The position numbers were made by a program, and so were the translations under genes. Positions 29,696 to 38,551 of a DNA stretch of 64,000 nt are shown piece by piece. The DNA is taken from the IMG/VR virus record IMGVR_UViG_3300027762_000001; one strand, given 5' to 3'. Every line of letters begins with the position of its first letter. The stretch's first letter is position 1. Source of the DNA: a virus. The notes beneath the pieces were generated by a model. The model was not told the origin of the DNA. It did no database searches and worked only from the letters and a program-made list of their open reading frames with translations.

Positions 29696-30034
29696 ATGAA
29701 TAGTTTAGCAGTATATAATGAAAGCTCCTTATTATTTCATGAGTCATTCTACCCTTCCGATTTAGAGTACTATATTTTAAAAGCATATTCTGATGCAGTT
29801 CATGGAGCATATGAAGTGCCAGATTTCTTTGCTATTAATGAATTTTTTGATTATCATTTAAATTTTGCAAATAGGGATGTTTTTAATGTAGGCTCTTTCG
29901 GCTTGGATGTAAATAAATATGAAATGACTTTTGAATTAATAGAAGAAACCCTAGATCTTATGAGAGCATCATTTGTAAATATGTTAGGAGAAGAATTAAA
30001 TAATTGTCAGAATGAACTATTTGAGGAGGAGTAA
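29696..30034 (+). CDS. Acidic protein with C-terminal QNELFE motif (4 of 4)
   Basis: Ends NNCQNELFEEE. Confidence 0.7.
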   Translation: MNSLAVYNESSLLFHESFYPSDLEYYILKAYSDAVHGAYEVPDFFAINEFFDYHLNFANRDVFNVGSFGLDVNKYEMTFELIEETLDLMRASFVNMLGEELNNCQNELFEEE

Positions 30035-30037
30035 ATT

Positions 30038-30352
30038 ATGAATGAAATTGTAGACAAGTTTATTATGAAAGCGTACTTTACAGTTCTTAGGAACTCTCAA
30101 TTCCCACCTGTACCATCAGTTCTTTATATGTTCAAAGATATTGTGGATAGAGATGCTGCAGATATAATATATCCAGATATTGATTTTAAAACAGTAAATG
30201 CTGAAGTTATTTTCGATGTACTTACAAGATACAGGTGTGCTCACAGTAATTTTGGTAATATATATTTTGACGCAAGAAATGTATTATTCTCAATTAATCC
30301 TTGCGACATAAATAAATTATTATTGCCTGAAAAAACTTCTATTAAACAATAA
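30038..30352 (+). CDS. Hypothetical protein
   Basis: GGAGGAG RBS. Confidence 0.6.
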   Translation: MNEIVDKFIMKAYFTVLRNSQFPPVPSVLYMFKDIVDRDAADIIYPDIDFKTVNAEVIFDVLTRYRCAHSNFGNIYFDARNVLFSINPCDINKLLLPEKTSIKQ

Positions 30353-30525
30353 GAGAGATTTTCTTTAAATTAGTATTTATTTATTAAAAAAAATGTGTGT
30401 TATAATAATTTTATATTTTCTTAAAAGGGGCAATTAAAAAAAGAATAAAAACTTTAAATACTAATGAACATAGTACTTTTGCAAGAATTACTATGTTTTA
30501 TTTACCATTTTTTTGGAGGTCATAT

Positions 30526-33500
30526 ATGAATAAACTAGAATGGTATGAACAAATTAATGACACTATAATTGGCGATATTGAAGAGTTTTATAGCAGTTTT
30601 TATTCAGGACAAGAAGTAAGTAAAGTTGGTTCAAGCTATAGACTTGAGCCATGTCCTATGTGCGGACACAGTAAATGTTGCACTGTTGGAGTTGCAGTTC
30701 ATTGTTTTTCATGTAATTGGTCAGGAACACATATCAATGCTTGGTATGATTATGCAACTACAGTTCTCGGAATATCATTGTTTGATGCCATTCAAAAATT
30801 ATCAAAATTTGCAAAGCTTCCATTTCCAAGTGGGTCCAAAGAAGATTTTGAGAGGTATCAAAAATTTCAAAGAAAGCAGGCAATTCTAAAGTCAGCAGAG
30901 TCATTCTATCACGATCAGCTTCTAAACTGTAATGAGAAATTTAAATTCAATGAGCAAGAATTAACTCCACTAAATTACCTGTTAACTATAAGAAAAAGAA
31001 AGATAGAATCATTAAAAGAATTTAAAGTTGGATTCTCATACAATTATAAACAATTAAGTAAAGACTTAAGGTCATCAGATTATTCAGATGATGAAATAAA
31101 AGAAGCTAAGATATGGGTACCTGAGGGATTATTTGTATTTTTCTATAAGCATCCAACAACAAAAAATATTATAAGGGTAAATACAAAAAATCCTTTTGAA
31201 ATTAAAAATGTGGTTAGTGATGGACTTAAAAGAATAGAAACTGACGAAGTAATACAAGGTTTTTCAGTGGGAGAAAAAGCAATTTTATTCTCACCTAGAT
31301 TCTCATTTAAAAAGCCATATGCAATAGTAGAAGGTGAACATGACATTATAAGTCTTACTGAGAATGGATGCGATAATGTATGTTGTATAGGTGGTAACTT
31401 AAAAAATGAAGCATATAACATATTAAATAAAACTGAAAGCACTATATATGCTTTATTTGATAATGATAAGAAGGGTAGAGAATATGAGGTTAATCTAAAT
31501 AAATTATTTCCTGAAAAAGATATAAGAAGTATAAGATTGCCTGATGAATATAAAGACCCTGATGAATATTTTAAAGCTAATCCTGAACCTATGCCTTGGA
31601 CAGAAATAATTAAAGATGCAAAAATTTTAGATACTGAAGATTTCAAATGTCATCACAATAATATAGAATTTTGGGTGTGTGAAAATAGATTTAAAAAATT
31701 AACATTTGAAATAAAGGCTAAAACAGATAAGAACTTTTTAGTGGGGCAAGTAAACTTATATGCTGACGGAAAACTTATCGACAGAGAAGATAATGTAGCT
31801 CTTATAAAATGTAAAACCAAAATGAAACCCATGAACTTTATATTAAGTGATAAAATAGATGAATATTTCAACAGTGACTTAGATAATAAGGCCATTGAGG
31901 AGCTTATAGATATTTACTGGTATTCATCTAGAAAACAAACTATTGAATCTATAATAGCAAAAAGAATATTTGAGTCTAACAATGATGAAGAAATAATAAA
32001 TAGTATTAAAGTTAAAATGAAAAGCTATGGAGTTGATAATAACGATATAGTAGACTCAATTTTAAAAGAAGTAAATGATATGCAAAATAAGTCTATTGCT
32101 AGATATTCAAATATTCCTAAAATAAAAATAAGTCAATATTTCAATGTGCGAAATAATGATGCATACTTTTATTTCAATTATGTTAAAGATGATGGCGGTG
32201 CAAGAAGAAAACTTCCATTCTTAATAAGAAATGATAAGGCCTTAATAAGACTTGATTTATTAAGAAGGAAAGATGAGCAATGTCTAATTTTAATTGATAA
32301 TAAGTACGAACTTCCTTTAGAGGTACCTAATGCATTATTTGATTTTGATGATTGTTCATTAACTCAAGATGTTGTGGAAGACTATATGGAAGGTGTTATT
32401 CCCAAAGATGAATTAGAGCCTGGATATCTCATAAAACAAATAGAAAATTATGTAAAGAAATTTTATTGTGCTGAAAACGATAATGTATATAAGATTTTGG
32501 CACTTTATTGTTTTATGACTTATTTTTATGAATTATTTGGACAGATACCATATCTTCATTTACAAGGATTAAAAGGCTCAGGTAAATCAGTTTTAGATTC
32601 AATATTAAAAATGTTTTGTTTTAATGCTAAGCTAACTGTAAACATGTCAGATGCAGCACTTTTTAGAATGGCTTCAATTGAGGGTGGAACTATAATATTA
32701 GATGAAGTTGAAAACTTAACTGTAAAGTCTAAAGTTAATGATTCTATAATGGCATCAGTTTTAAAAGGTGGATACACAAGAGGCTTTCCTGTTTACAGAG
32801 TTAATCTTGAAAAAGGTATAAATGATAAATTTGATTGTTTCTGCCCAAAGATAATATCTAATATAGAAGGATTAGAGTCTGTTATATGTGACAGATTTAT
32901 AATGATTAACTCATATAAGATAAAATCCTTGACTAACGAGACAAGGCTTGAAGACCCAAAGAATTACTATGCAGAATATGCTGACAAAGTAAAAGCTGTA
33001 ACAGGCAGATGCTGCTTATCTGCTCTTGAGAATTTTCAAAAATTACATCAAATTTATAACTTAAATACCTTTGAAACATTAAACCCTAGACTTAGTCAGA
33101 TATTAACTCCTGTACTTGCAATTGCAAAAATGGCAGATGAAAAAGAGAGAATGCAAACTAAAAAATCAATGGGTGAATACGAGAGGGCCCTTATGGAGTT
33201 TTATGAAACTAATATACAAAGAGATAAGCGTATAGTGAGAAATGATACTGTAGATGGTATATTAGAAGATATAATCCCTATAATAGCAATGGAGTTATAT
33301 GGACTTATACCTGAAGCTAAAAGGGAATATACTGTCACTCAGCACCATAAGTATAAAGAGGCTATTTCGTTTAATAGAAAAGAAGGGTGGTTCGAACTTA
33401 ATATTCTTCATTTTAAATGTTTTATAGAGGAACATATGCCAGGAGATTCAGTGAATCCAAGAATGATTCCTAAGTGGGTTAAATCAGCTTTTAATATAAA

Positions 33501-33705
33501 GGAATCTGATATTAAAAGAAAAATGGTTACAATTGAAAATGAAGAACTATTAAAAGAATTTAAAGGTAACACTAAAACTAAAGTAAATGTTTATAGATTC
33601 TATTTTGACCAATATATCGGAAGTAATTTTTTAATTGATACTGAAGATGAAATTGAAGATGATACTGAGGGTGAAGCTAAATCTATAGATGATAAGTTAT
33701 TTTAA
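30526..33705 (+). CDS. DnaG-type primase (Zn finger plus TOPRIM) fused to a C-terminal P-loop NTPase/helicase
   Basis: CPMC...CFSC; IVEGEHD, FDNDKKG, KDPDE; Walker A GLKGSGKS, Walker B IILDEVE; GGAGG RBS before ATG 30526. Confidence 0.85.
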   Translation: MNKLEWYEQINDTIIGDIEEFYSSFYSGQEVSKVGSSYRLEPCPMCGHSKCCTVGVAVHCFSCNWSGTHINAWYDYATTVLGISLFDAIQKLSKFAKLPFPSGSKEDFERYQKFQRKQAILKSAESFYHDQLLNCNEKFKFNEQELTPLNYLLTIRKRKIESLKEFKVGFSYNYKQLSKDLRSSDYSDDEIKEAKIWVPEGLFVFFYKHPTTKNIIRVNTKNPFEIKNVVSDGLKRIETDEVIQGFSVGEKAILFSPRFSFKKPYAIVEGEHDIISLTENGCDNVCCIGGNLKNEAYNILNKTESTIYALFDNDKKGREYEVNLNKLFPEKDIRSIRLPDEYKDPDEYFKANPEPMPWTEIIKDAKILDTEDFKCHHNNIEFWVCENRFKKLTFEIKAKTDKNFLVGQVNLYADGKLIDREDNVALIKCKTKMKPMNFILSDKIDEYFNSDLDNKAIEELIDIYWYSSRKQTIESIIAKRIFESNNDEEIINSIKVKMKSYGVDNNDIVDSILKEVNDMQNKSIARYSNIPKIKISQYFNVRNNDAYFYFNYVKDDGGARRKLPFLIRNDKALIRLDLLRRKDEQCLILIDNKYELPLEVPNALFDFDDCSLTQDVVEDYMEGVIPKDELEPGYLIKQIENYVKKFYCAENDNVYKILALYCFMTYFYELFGQIPYLHLQGLKGSGKSVLDSILKMFCFNAKLTVNMSDAALFRMASIEGGTIILDEVENLTVKSKVNDSIMASVLKGGYTRGFPVYRVNLEKGINDKFDCFCPKIISNIEGLESVICDRFIMINSYKIKSLTNETRLEDPKNYYAEYADKVKAVTGRCCLSALENFQKLHQIYNLNTFETLNPRLSQILTPVLAIAKMADEKERMQTKKSMGEYERALMEFYETNIQRDKRIVRNDTVDGILEDIIPIIAMELYGLIPEAKREYTVTQHHKYKEAISFNRKEGWFELNILHFKCFIEEHMPGDSVNPRMIPKWVKSAFNIKESDIKRKMVTIENEELLKEFKGNTKTKVNVYRFYFDQYIGSNFLIDTEDEIEDDTEGEAKSIDDKLF

Positions 33706-33719
33706 AAAAAATCCAAATA

Positions 33720-33765
33720 TAGTATAAGTAATAAAAGCAGGTAAAGTATTTTTTTACTTGCTTAT
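33720..33765 (+). promoter_or_regulatory. Recurrent motif copy 5 plus hairpin
   Basis: TAGTATAAGTAATAAAA; AAGCAGGTAAA/TTTACTTGCTT. Confidence 0.55.
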
Positions 33766-33799
33766 TTTTTATTCTAAAAAAAAGAGAGGGGTAAGTTTT

Positions 33800-34003
33800 A
33801 TGGATTTTAAAAGTATAGCAAAGGGTGCGGGTAAATTTGTTTTGGGTATAGGCTTTACAGGTATAAGTGCATTTGGGGTTTTTTGTGGTATTAAGTCTTG
33901 CAGTGATAGTGTTGACGACATGTTTGAATCTTTCAATGAAGATTTAGACGATGAAGATTTAGATGAAATGATTGACAATATAATCAACGAGGAGGAGGAA
34001 TAG
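33800..34003 (+). CDS. Small membrane peptide with acidic tail
   Basis: MDFKSIAKGAGKFVLGIGFTGISAFGVFCG then D/E-rich tail. Confidence 0.6.
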   Translation: MDFKSIAKGAGKFVLGIGFTGISAFGVFCGIKSCSDSVDDMFESFNEDLDDEDLDEMIDNIINEEEE

Positions 34004-34005
34004 TT

Positions 34006-34146
34006 ATGAATGGGATGTTAAAGAAAGTTTTAAAAGCTTCGGCAAAGGCAGTAACTTATACTGCAACTGCTATACTAGCAGTTGGTCTAACTAAAGGTAT
34101 CAACAATTTTATGGTTGATACAATCTTCGGTAAAGACGAAGATTAA
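34006..34146 (+). CDS. 46-aa amphipathic/membrane peptide
   Basis: GGAGG RBS; MNGMLKKVLKASAKAVTYTATAILAVGLTKG..., translated by hand. Confidence 0.6.
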   Translation: MNGMLKKVLKASAKAVTYTATAILAVGLTKGINNFMVDTIFGKDED

Positions 34147-34154
34147 ATATTTCA

Positions 34155-34192
34155 ATTAAAAGCAGTTAGCCCTTAAACTAACTGCTTTTAAT
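34155..34192 (+). terminator. Intrinsic terminator, possibly bidirectional
   Basis: Perfect 15-bp IR ATTAAAAGCAGTTAG/CTAACTGCTTTTAAT. Confidence 0.75.
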
Positions 34193-34208
34193 ATTTTTTA
34201 GAAAAAAC

Positions 34209-34225
34209 TAGCATAAGATATAAAA
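34209..34225 (+). promoter_or_regulatory. Recurrent motif copy 6
   Basis: TAGCATAAGATATAAAA. Confidence 0.55.
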
Positions 34226-34343
34226 CAACAGAAGGGAGCTAAAAAAAACGTCATAAAAGAGAGGAGCTGAATAAAATCTTTAATAGAAATTGTTTGCAGT
34301 GATTAAGCTTTTAGTTGATATTAAATTACAAAGGAGAAAAATC

Positions 34344-34532
34344 ATGGACAAAAAAGAATTGGGGAAAATAGGTTTAAAAGCTTTGAAGGCAATAGGTATA
34401 GTGGGGGCATGTGGTTTGGGAGGAGAGTATTTAAGGCAATTAGGAAAAGAATACTCGAAAGATGGAGTTAATCTTGGAAAGCAAGCATGCAACTATAGTT
34501 TTAATTTATTTAAAGATTTATTTGGAAAGTAG
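34344..34532 (+). CDS. Gly-rich amphipathic peptide
   Basis: AAGGAG RBS; MDKKELGKIGLKALKAIGIVGACGLGG. Confidence 0.6.
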   Translation: MDKKELGKIGLKALKAIGIVGACGLGGEYLRQLGKEYSKDGVNLGKQACNYSFNLFKDLFGK

Positions 34533-34623
34533 ATAAGGGGTTTAATTTGATATTATATTATATTAGTTATTTTCAAACAAGTATTCATACTTGTTTTTTA
34601 TTTTTCGAGAAAGGAGAAAATTT

Positions 34624-35388
34624 ATGTTAATGTTATTTCATAAATTTATCAAAAGAGTTCCTTTTGATAAAATAGCTCCATTTAATAGTGAGGATTTACT
34701 TTTGATAATGTCCCCGAAAACTGCAATAGTATTAAAATCTATAATGAATGATTTCAATGAGAGATTTTTAATTAAGGATATTATAATTAATAATAAAAAA
34801 GTTTTTGGAGAAAAAGATTTTAATGAAAGATGTAAAGATTTTGCAAACATAATGAGTTCAAGAATAGAAAGATACTTTGAATCTAATAAAAGTAAATATA
34901 TTTTCTTTGATGAAGAGGAACAACTATTTTTAAAAGATTTATTTCATAAAAATAGTTTATCTTGCATCGTTGAAGTTTATTTTAAAATAGACGATTCATT
35001 CCAAAAAGTGGATGTAGAAAAGATTAATATAAATGATTTTAGATTAGTAAGAAGAGATCTATCTAAACTTGGAGTTATAGAGGCTATGAAAGTTGAGCGA
35101 TACCACAATCTAATATCTAGGAAATCAGGCAGAGTCAATAGAAAAAAAGGATTCTTTAATTTTAATGATTTTATAAGTAATTCGGAGAAGTCAAAAATTG
35201 AAACATTAAAATTAATGTACCCTTCATTAAGTGAGGTAAGCAGTAAAGAGGATTTCAAAGTTTGTTACAAAAAATTAGCAAAGAAATTTCATCCAGACTT
35301 AAACCCAGGAAAAGAAGAAAAGTTTAAAAGGATGAAGGATAATTTCGAGTACCTCAAAAAGACAAAGTGGCATAAAAATTTAAAATAA
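34624..35388 (+). CDS. Protein with C-terminal J-domain
   Basis: KVCYKKLAKKFHPDLNPGKEEKFKRM (HPD motif). Confidence 0.75.
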   Translation: MLMLFHKFIKRVPFDKIAPFNSEDLLLIMSPKTAIVLKSIMNDFNERFLIKDIIINNKKVFGEKDFNERCKDFANIMSSRIERYFESNKSKYIFFDEEEQLFLKDLFHKNSLSCIVEVYFKIDDSFQKVDVEKININDFRLVRRDLSKLGVIEAMKVERYHNLISRKSGRVNRKKGFFNFNDFISNSEKSKIETLKLMYPSLSEVSSKEDFKVCYKKLAKKFHPDLNPGKEEKFKRMKDNFEYLKKTKWHKNLK

Positions 35389-35407
35389 GGAGGGTGGTGT
35401 ATTTTAA

Positions 35408-35983
35408 TTGGACATTTCAACATTAACGCAGCTTGTAAATGCTGAAACAATGAAAGATTTAGCCTCTATTGATTCTATAGAAAAAGAAGACTTAAAGGGA
35501 AACGTATTAAATTCTGAAGAGACTGACAGAAAAATAGAGGAAAGAAGAAGAGCTGTAACCGCAGAGTCTCAATCTAGGTCAGTTGGACTTAACTCGCCTA
35601 GTACTCAAACTCCAAAAAGTACAACGGTAATTAGGTCGAGTGAGCCTCAGCCTCAAAGAGTTTACAATAATCCATATCCATACAATAATATTTATAATAA
35701 AACAGTTAAAACAGTTGAGTCTAAAGCTAAGGATTTTTCTGATAACATTTTCAAAAAAGCAGAAGAGTCAGTTAACAAAGAATATAAGTATAGAGAGGAT
35801 ATTAGAAAAGATAATTGGAATATCTTTGAATTAGAAGAAAAGGCAAAGCTAAGTAAAGAAAAGCCTAGAAAGAAGAAAAAGAAAATAGTATCTGATGAAT
35901 CAAAATTATTATTATTAAAAATGGGTGCCTATTCATTAAAAGCACTAATGGAATTAATTTATATTGAAACAAATAAAGATTAG
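35408..35983 (+). CDS. Hypothetical protein, partly low-complexity
   Basis: AGGAGG RBS. Confidence 0.6.
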   Translation: MDISTLTQLVNAETMKDLASIDSIEKEDLKGNVLNSEETDRKIEERRRAVTAESQSRSVGLNSPSTQTPKSTTVIRSSEPQPQRVYNNPYPYNNIYNKTVKTVESKAKDFSDNIFKKAEESVNKEYKYREDIRKDNWNIFELEEKAKLSKEKPRKKKKKIVSDESKLLLLKMGAYSLKALMELIYIETNKD

Positions 35984-35993
35984 GAGGATTATC

Positions 35994-36206
35994 ATGAAAG
36001 ATAATGAGACAAGTGAATTAAAAAAGATGCTTAAGAAAAAAGCTATAGAATTTTTAAAGAAGGCAGGAAAGAAGTTGGTACAGATTGCAATAATAGCTCT
36101 TATGGAAAAGTTTCTTAAAAAGATTTTAAGAAAAGCTAAAGATATTAACAGGAAAAATAATACGAATGAAGATATTACTGATTTTAGAACAGTTGAAGAA
36201 TTTTAA
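35994..36206 (+). CDS. Basic amphipathic small protein
   Basis: AGGAGG RBS; KKAIEFLKKAGKKLVQIAIIALMEKFLKK. Confidence 0.6.
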   Translation: MKDNETSELKKMLKKKAIEFLKKAGKKLVQIAIIALMEKFLKKILRKAKDINRKNNTNEDITDFRTVEEF

Positions 36207-36276
36207 TATTTAATATACCCTCCAAAAAACAAAATATATATTATGAGGGGGTATCCCCTTACTATATATATTTTTG

Positions 36277-36305
36277 TTGACTATCTATATATGTTATGAT
36301 TTAAT
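36277..36305 (+). promoter_or_regulatory. Sigma-A-like promoter
   Basis: TTGACT-17 nt-TTTAAT with an extended -10 TG. Confidence 0.55.
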
Positions 36306-36323
36306 ATATGTAAATACAATTTA

Positions 36324-36480
36324 TGTCGGGTGGCGGAATAGGTAGACGCTAAAGGCAAATATGGGATAAAGCTAGGCAATATTGGTTCGAGTCCAATTTT
36401 ATAAGTCCATATGCGACTGGATAGACGTATCCAAGGGGAACAGCTTGGCTATTGCAGGGTGTAAATCCCTGCCCCGACAA
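36324..36480 (+). ncRNA. tRNA-like RNA with a ~100-nt structured insert replacing the anticodon and variable arms
   Basis: Acceptor TGTCGGG/CCCGACA, Leu-type D-arm GCG-GAATAGGTAGA-CGC, T-arm GCAGGG-TGTAAAT-CCCTGC, internal ATTGG-TTCGAGT-CCAAT. Confidence 0.7.
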
Positions 36481-36500
36481 TTACAAGGAGGATTTATTTA

Positions 36501-36644
36501 ATGGAGAAAAATAATAATCAATTACAATTTGCATTAATTTCTGTAGCACTAAAGTCATTAGGGAAAATGTTGGTAGATGTAGCAGAACAGATAATGGTTT
36601 ATAATAATGATAAAAAGGTGGAGACAACAAAAGAGGTGGAGTAA
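36501..36644 (+). CDS. 47-aa peptide
   Basis: AAGGAGG RBS; MEKNNNQLQFALISVALKSLGKMLVDVAEQ..., translated by hand. Confidence 0.55.
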   Translation: MEKNNNQLQFALISVALKSLGKMLVDVAEQIMVYNNDKKVETTKEVE

Positions 36645-38535
36645 ATTGATTTCAGTAGATTATAGTCGCGGATATATAATCCTAATTCCAGAACATGATA
36701 ATATTTCTGAATTAGGATTAATTTTTAAAAATGAAAAAGATATTGAATATGAATTTATTAAGGATGAAAAATTATATTATAATTTTTTTAAAGTTCCAGT
36801 AAAACATGTTAATTTATTAAATAAAAAATTAATGCCACTTAAAAATAAACTTGAACTCACCAGTAATTTTAAAGTATGGAGAGACGGATATAAGTCTAGT
36901 CAAAGTAAAACTATTATTCAGTGTGGAGTTATAAGAAGTTACATAAAAAGTAGTGAGAAAATTCCTCATAAAGAAATAGAGGAAGCTACGAGATACTTTT
37001 TTAAAGCCGCTAAATTTCACCCAAAATATAAAGAAGGAAAATGGGACGGATATATAAATCTTTATAAAAGGTGGGAGCACTCATTTCCAACAGGACTTTT
37101 ATTAGATGTAGAAAAAGTTTTAATAAAAAACAAAATAAAATATGAAGTTGAATACACTTATGATAGAACTCCAGAAAAACAATTTAACTGGGAAATTTGT
37201 GATGGAATAATTCCTGACCCTGATCAATTAGAGGCGGTAGAAAAGGCAGTGCAAGGTCTTCGCGGGACGGTTAAGGCACCTACAGGATATGGTAAAACTG
37301 CCATTTTAGCCAAAAGATTGATTGTTGAGCACAGCGTTCCTGCATTATTTGTAGCTAATAAGAAATCTCTTTTAGATGATGCGGCAGAGGAATTTCTAAA
37401 TGGAATCAAGGGTTTGGCGGGAGTTGAAGTTATAAAGGATGGTTACTTCGGAAGTACAAAAATGACGCCTGAGACAAAGAAAGTTGCACCACTATCAAAA
37501 CCTATCGTCGTTGCAACTATTCAGTCACTATCTGCAAGACTAAAAGATGAAAGAACTAGAGAGCATCTTTTAGATTGGCTTAGAAATATATGTAAGTTTG
37601 TAATGGTTGATGAGTGTCAAGCTGTTGGAACTAAAATTTGGGATGAAGTTTTAGAGGAATGTCACGCTCCGTATCGAATATATCTAAGTGCGACGCCTAG
37701 ACGAACTGATTCAGGAGTTATAAAATTAATTGCCGGTTCTGGACCAATACTTTTTACAACAACAGCAGAGAAGCAGATAGAGAAAGGAAGACTTTGTGAA
37801 CTTGACATAATGTATCAAGTTTACGACCATAAGCTTTACAATGAAGGTGATACTGATTTAAAATATGATGAAATATATAAAAGTTGTATAATAGAAAATG
37901 AAGAAAGAAATAGAGATTATATTGTGAATCCAGCTTTATCTATGGTTAAGGAAGGAAGGCATGTCTTAGTTTTAATTCAATACATAGATCATGGACACAT
38001 TATAAAAAATATGTTTCTAGAAGAAGGTCTTACACCTGAAGATGTAAGATTTATATGGGGAGAGACTCCTGATAAATTAAGAAAGAATTCTATTAAAGAA
38101 TTTAAAAAGGGAGAGTTTAAAATATTGATAGGCTCTACTATATTTGATGCAGGAGTTAATATTCCACTTATATCAGGGGTAGTTTTAGGTGGAGCTGGAA
38201 ATAGTGATATAACATTAATACAGAGAATAGGTAGGGGAGCTAGAAACTGTAAATATGAAGATATACTAGGTTATCTCCCTGAGTTTATGAAAAAAAATCA
38301 TAATAAAAAAATTACTAGAGTTTATGATATAATGGATATAAACACAAAGTTTTTTCACAAACAAGCTCTTAACAGATACTATAATGCAAAAGAAGAATTT
38401 GGTCATGATAGAGTACATCTTTTAGGCGGAGACACATCAGTTTTAAAAAGAAAAACCAAAATAAATAAAATAAACAAGGACATAGATCAAGCGTCAGCTC
38501 AGTTAAAAATGTTAATAGAGTTTTCAAATAAATGA
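36607..38535 (+). CDS. SF2 DNA helicase (UvsW/XPB-like)
   Basis: APTGYGKT, VDECQ, SATP, QRIGRGAR; likely TTG start at 36646. Confidence 0.9.
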   Translation: MIKRWRQQKRWSKLISVDYSRGYIILIPEHDNISELGLIFKNEKDIEYEFIKDEKLYYNFFKVPVKHVNLLNKKLMPLKNKLELTSNFKVWRDGYKSSQSKTIIQCGVIRSYIKSSEKIPHKEIEEATRYFFKAAKFHPKYKEGKWDGYINLYKRWEHSFPTGLLLDVEKVLIKNKIKYEVEYTYDRTPEKQFNWEICDGIIPDPDQLEAVEKAVQGLRGTVKAPTGYGKTAILAKRLIVEHSVPALFVANKKSLLDDAAEEFLNGIKGLAGVEVIKDGYFGSTKMTPETKKVAPLSKPIVVATIQSLSARLKDERTREHLLDWLRNICKFVMVDECQAVGTKIWDEVLEECHAPYRIYLSATPRRTDSGVIKLIAGSGPILFTTTAEKQIEKGRLCELDIMYQVYDHKLYNEGDTDLKYDEIYKSCIIENEERNRDYIVNPALSMVKEGRHVLVLIQYIDHGHIIKNMFLEEGLTPEDVRFIWGETPDKLRKNSIKEFKKGEFKILIGSTIFDAGVNIPLISGVVLGGAGNSDITLIQRIGRGARNCKYEDILGYLPEFMKKNHNKKITRVYDIMDINTKFFHKQALNRYYNAKEEFGHDRVHLLGGDTSVLKRKTKINKINKDIDQASAQLKMLIEFSNK

Positions 38536-38551
38536 AAAGGACCTTAAGTCT

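Noticed and set aside
28429-30025. QNELFE-coding repeats as DNA recombination sites
   Set aside because: Differences are synonymous and there is no dyad symmetry, which favours a protein-level motif
30353-30520. AT-rich gap before the primase as a replication origin
   Set aside because: No iterons or DnaA boxes seen; a TGTTATAAT promoter-like element explains it adequately
36324-36480. Ordinary tRNA-Leu, tmRNA, or intron-containing tRNA
   Set aside because: No anticodon arm, no tag ORF, and the insert is too short for a self-splicing intron
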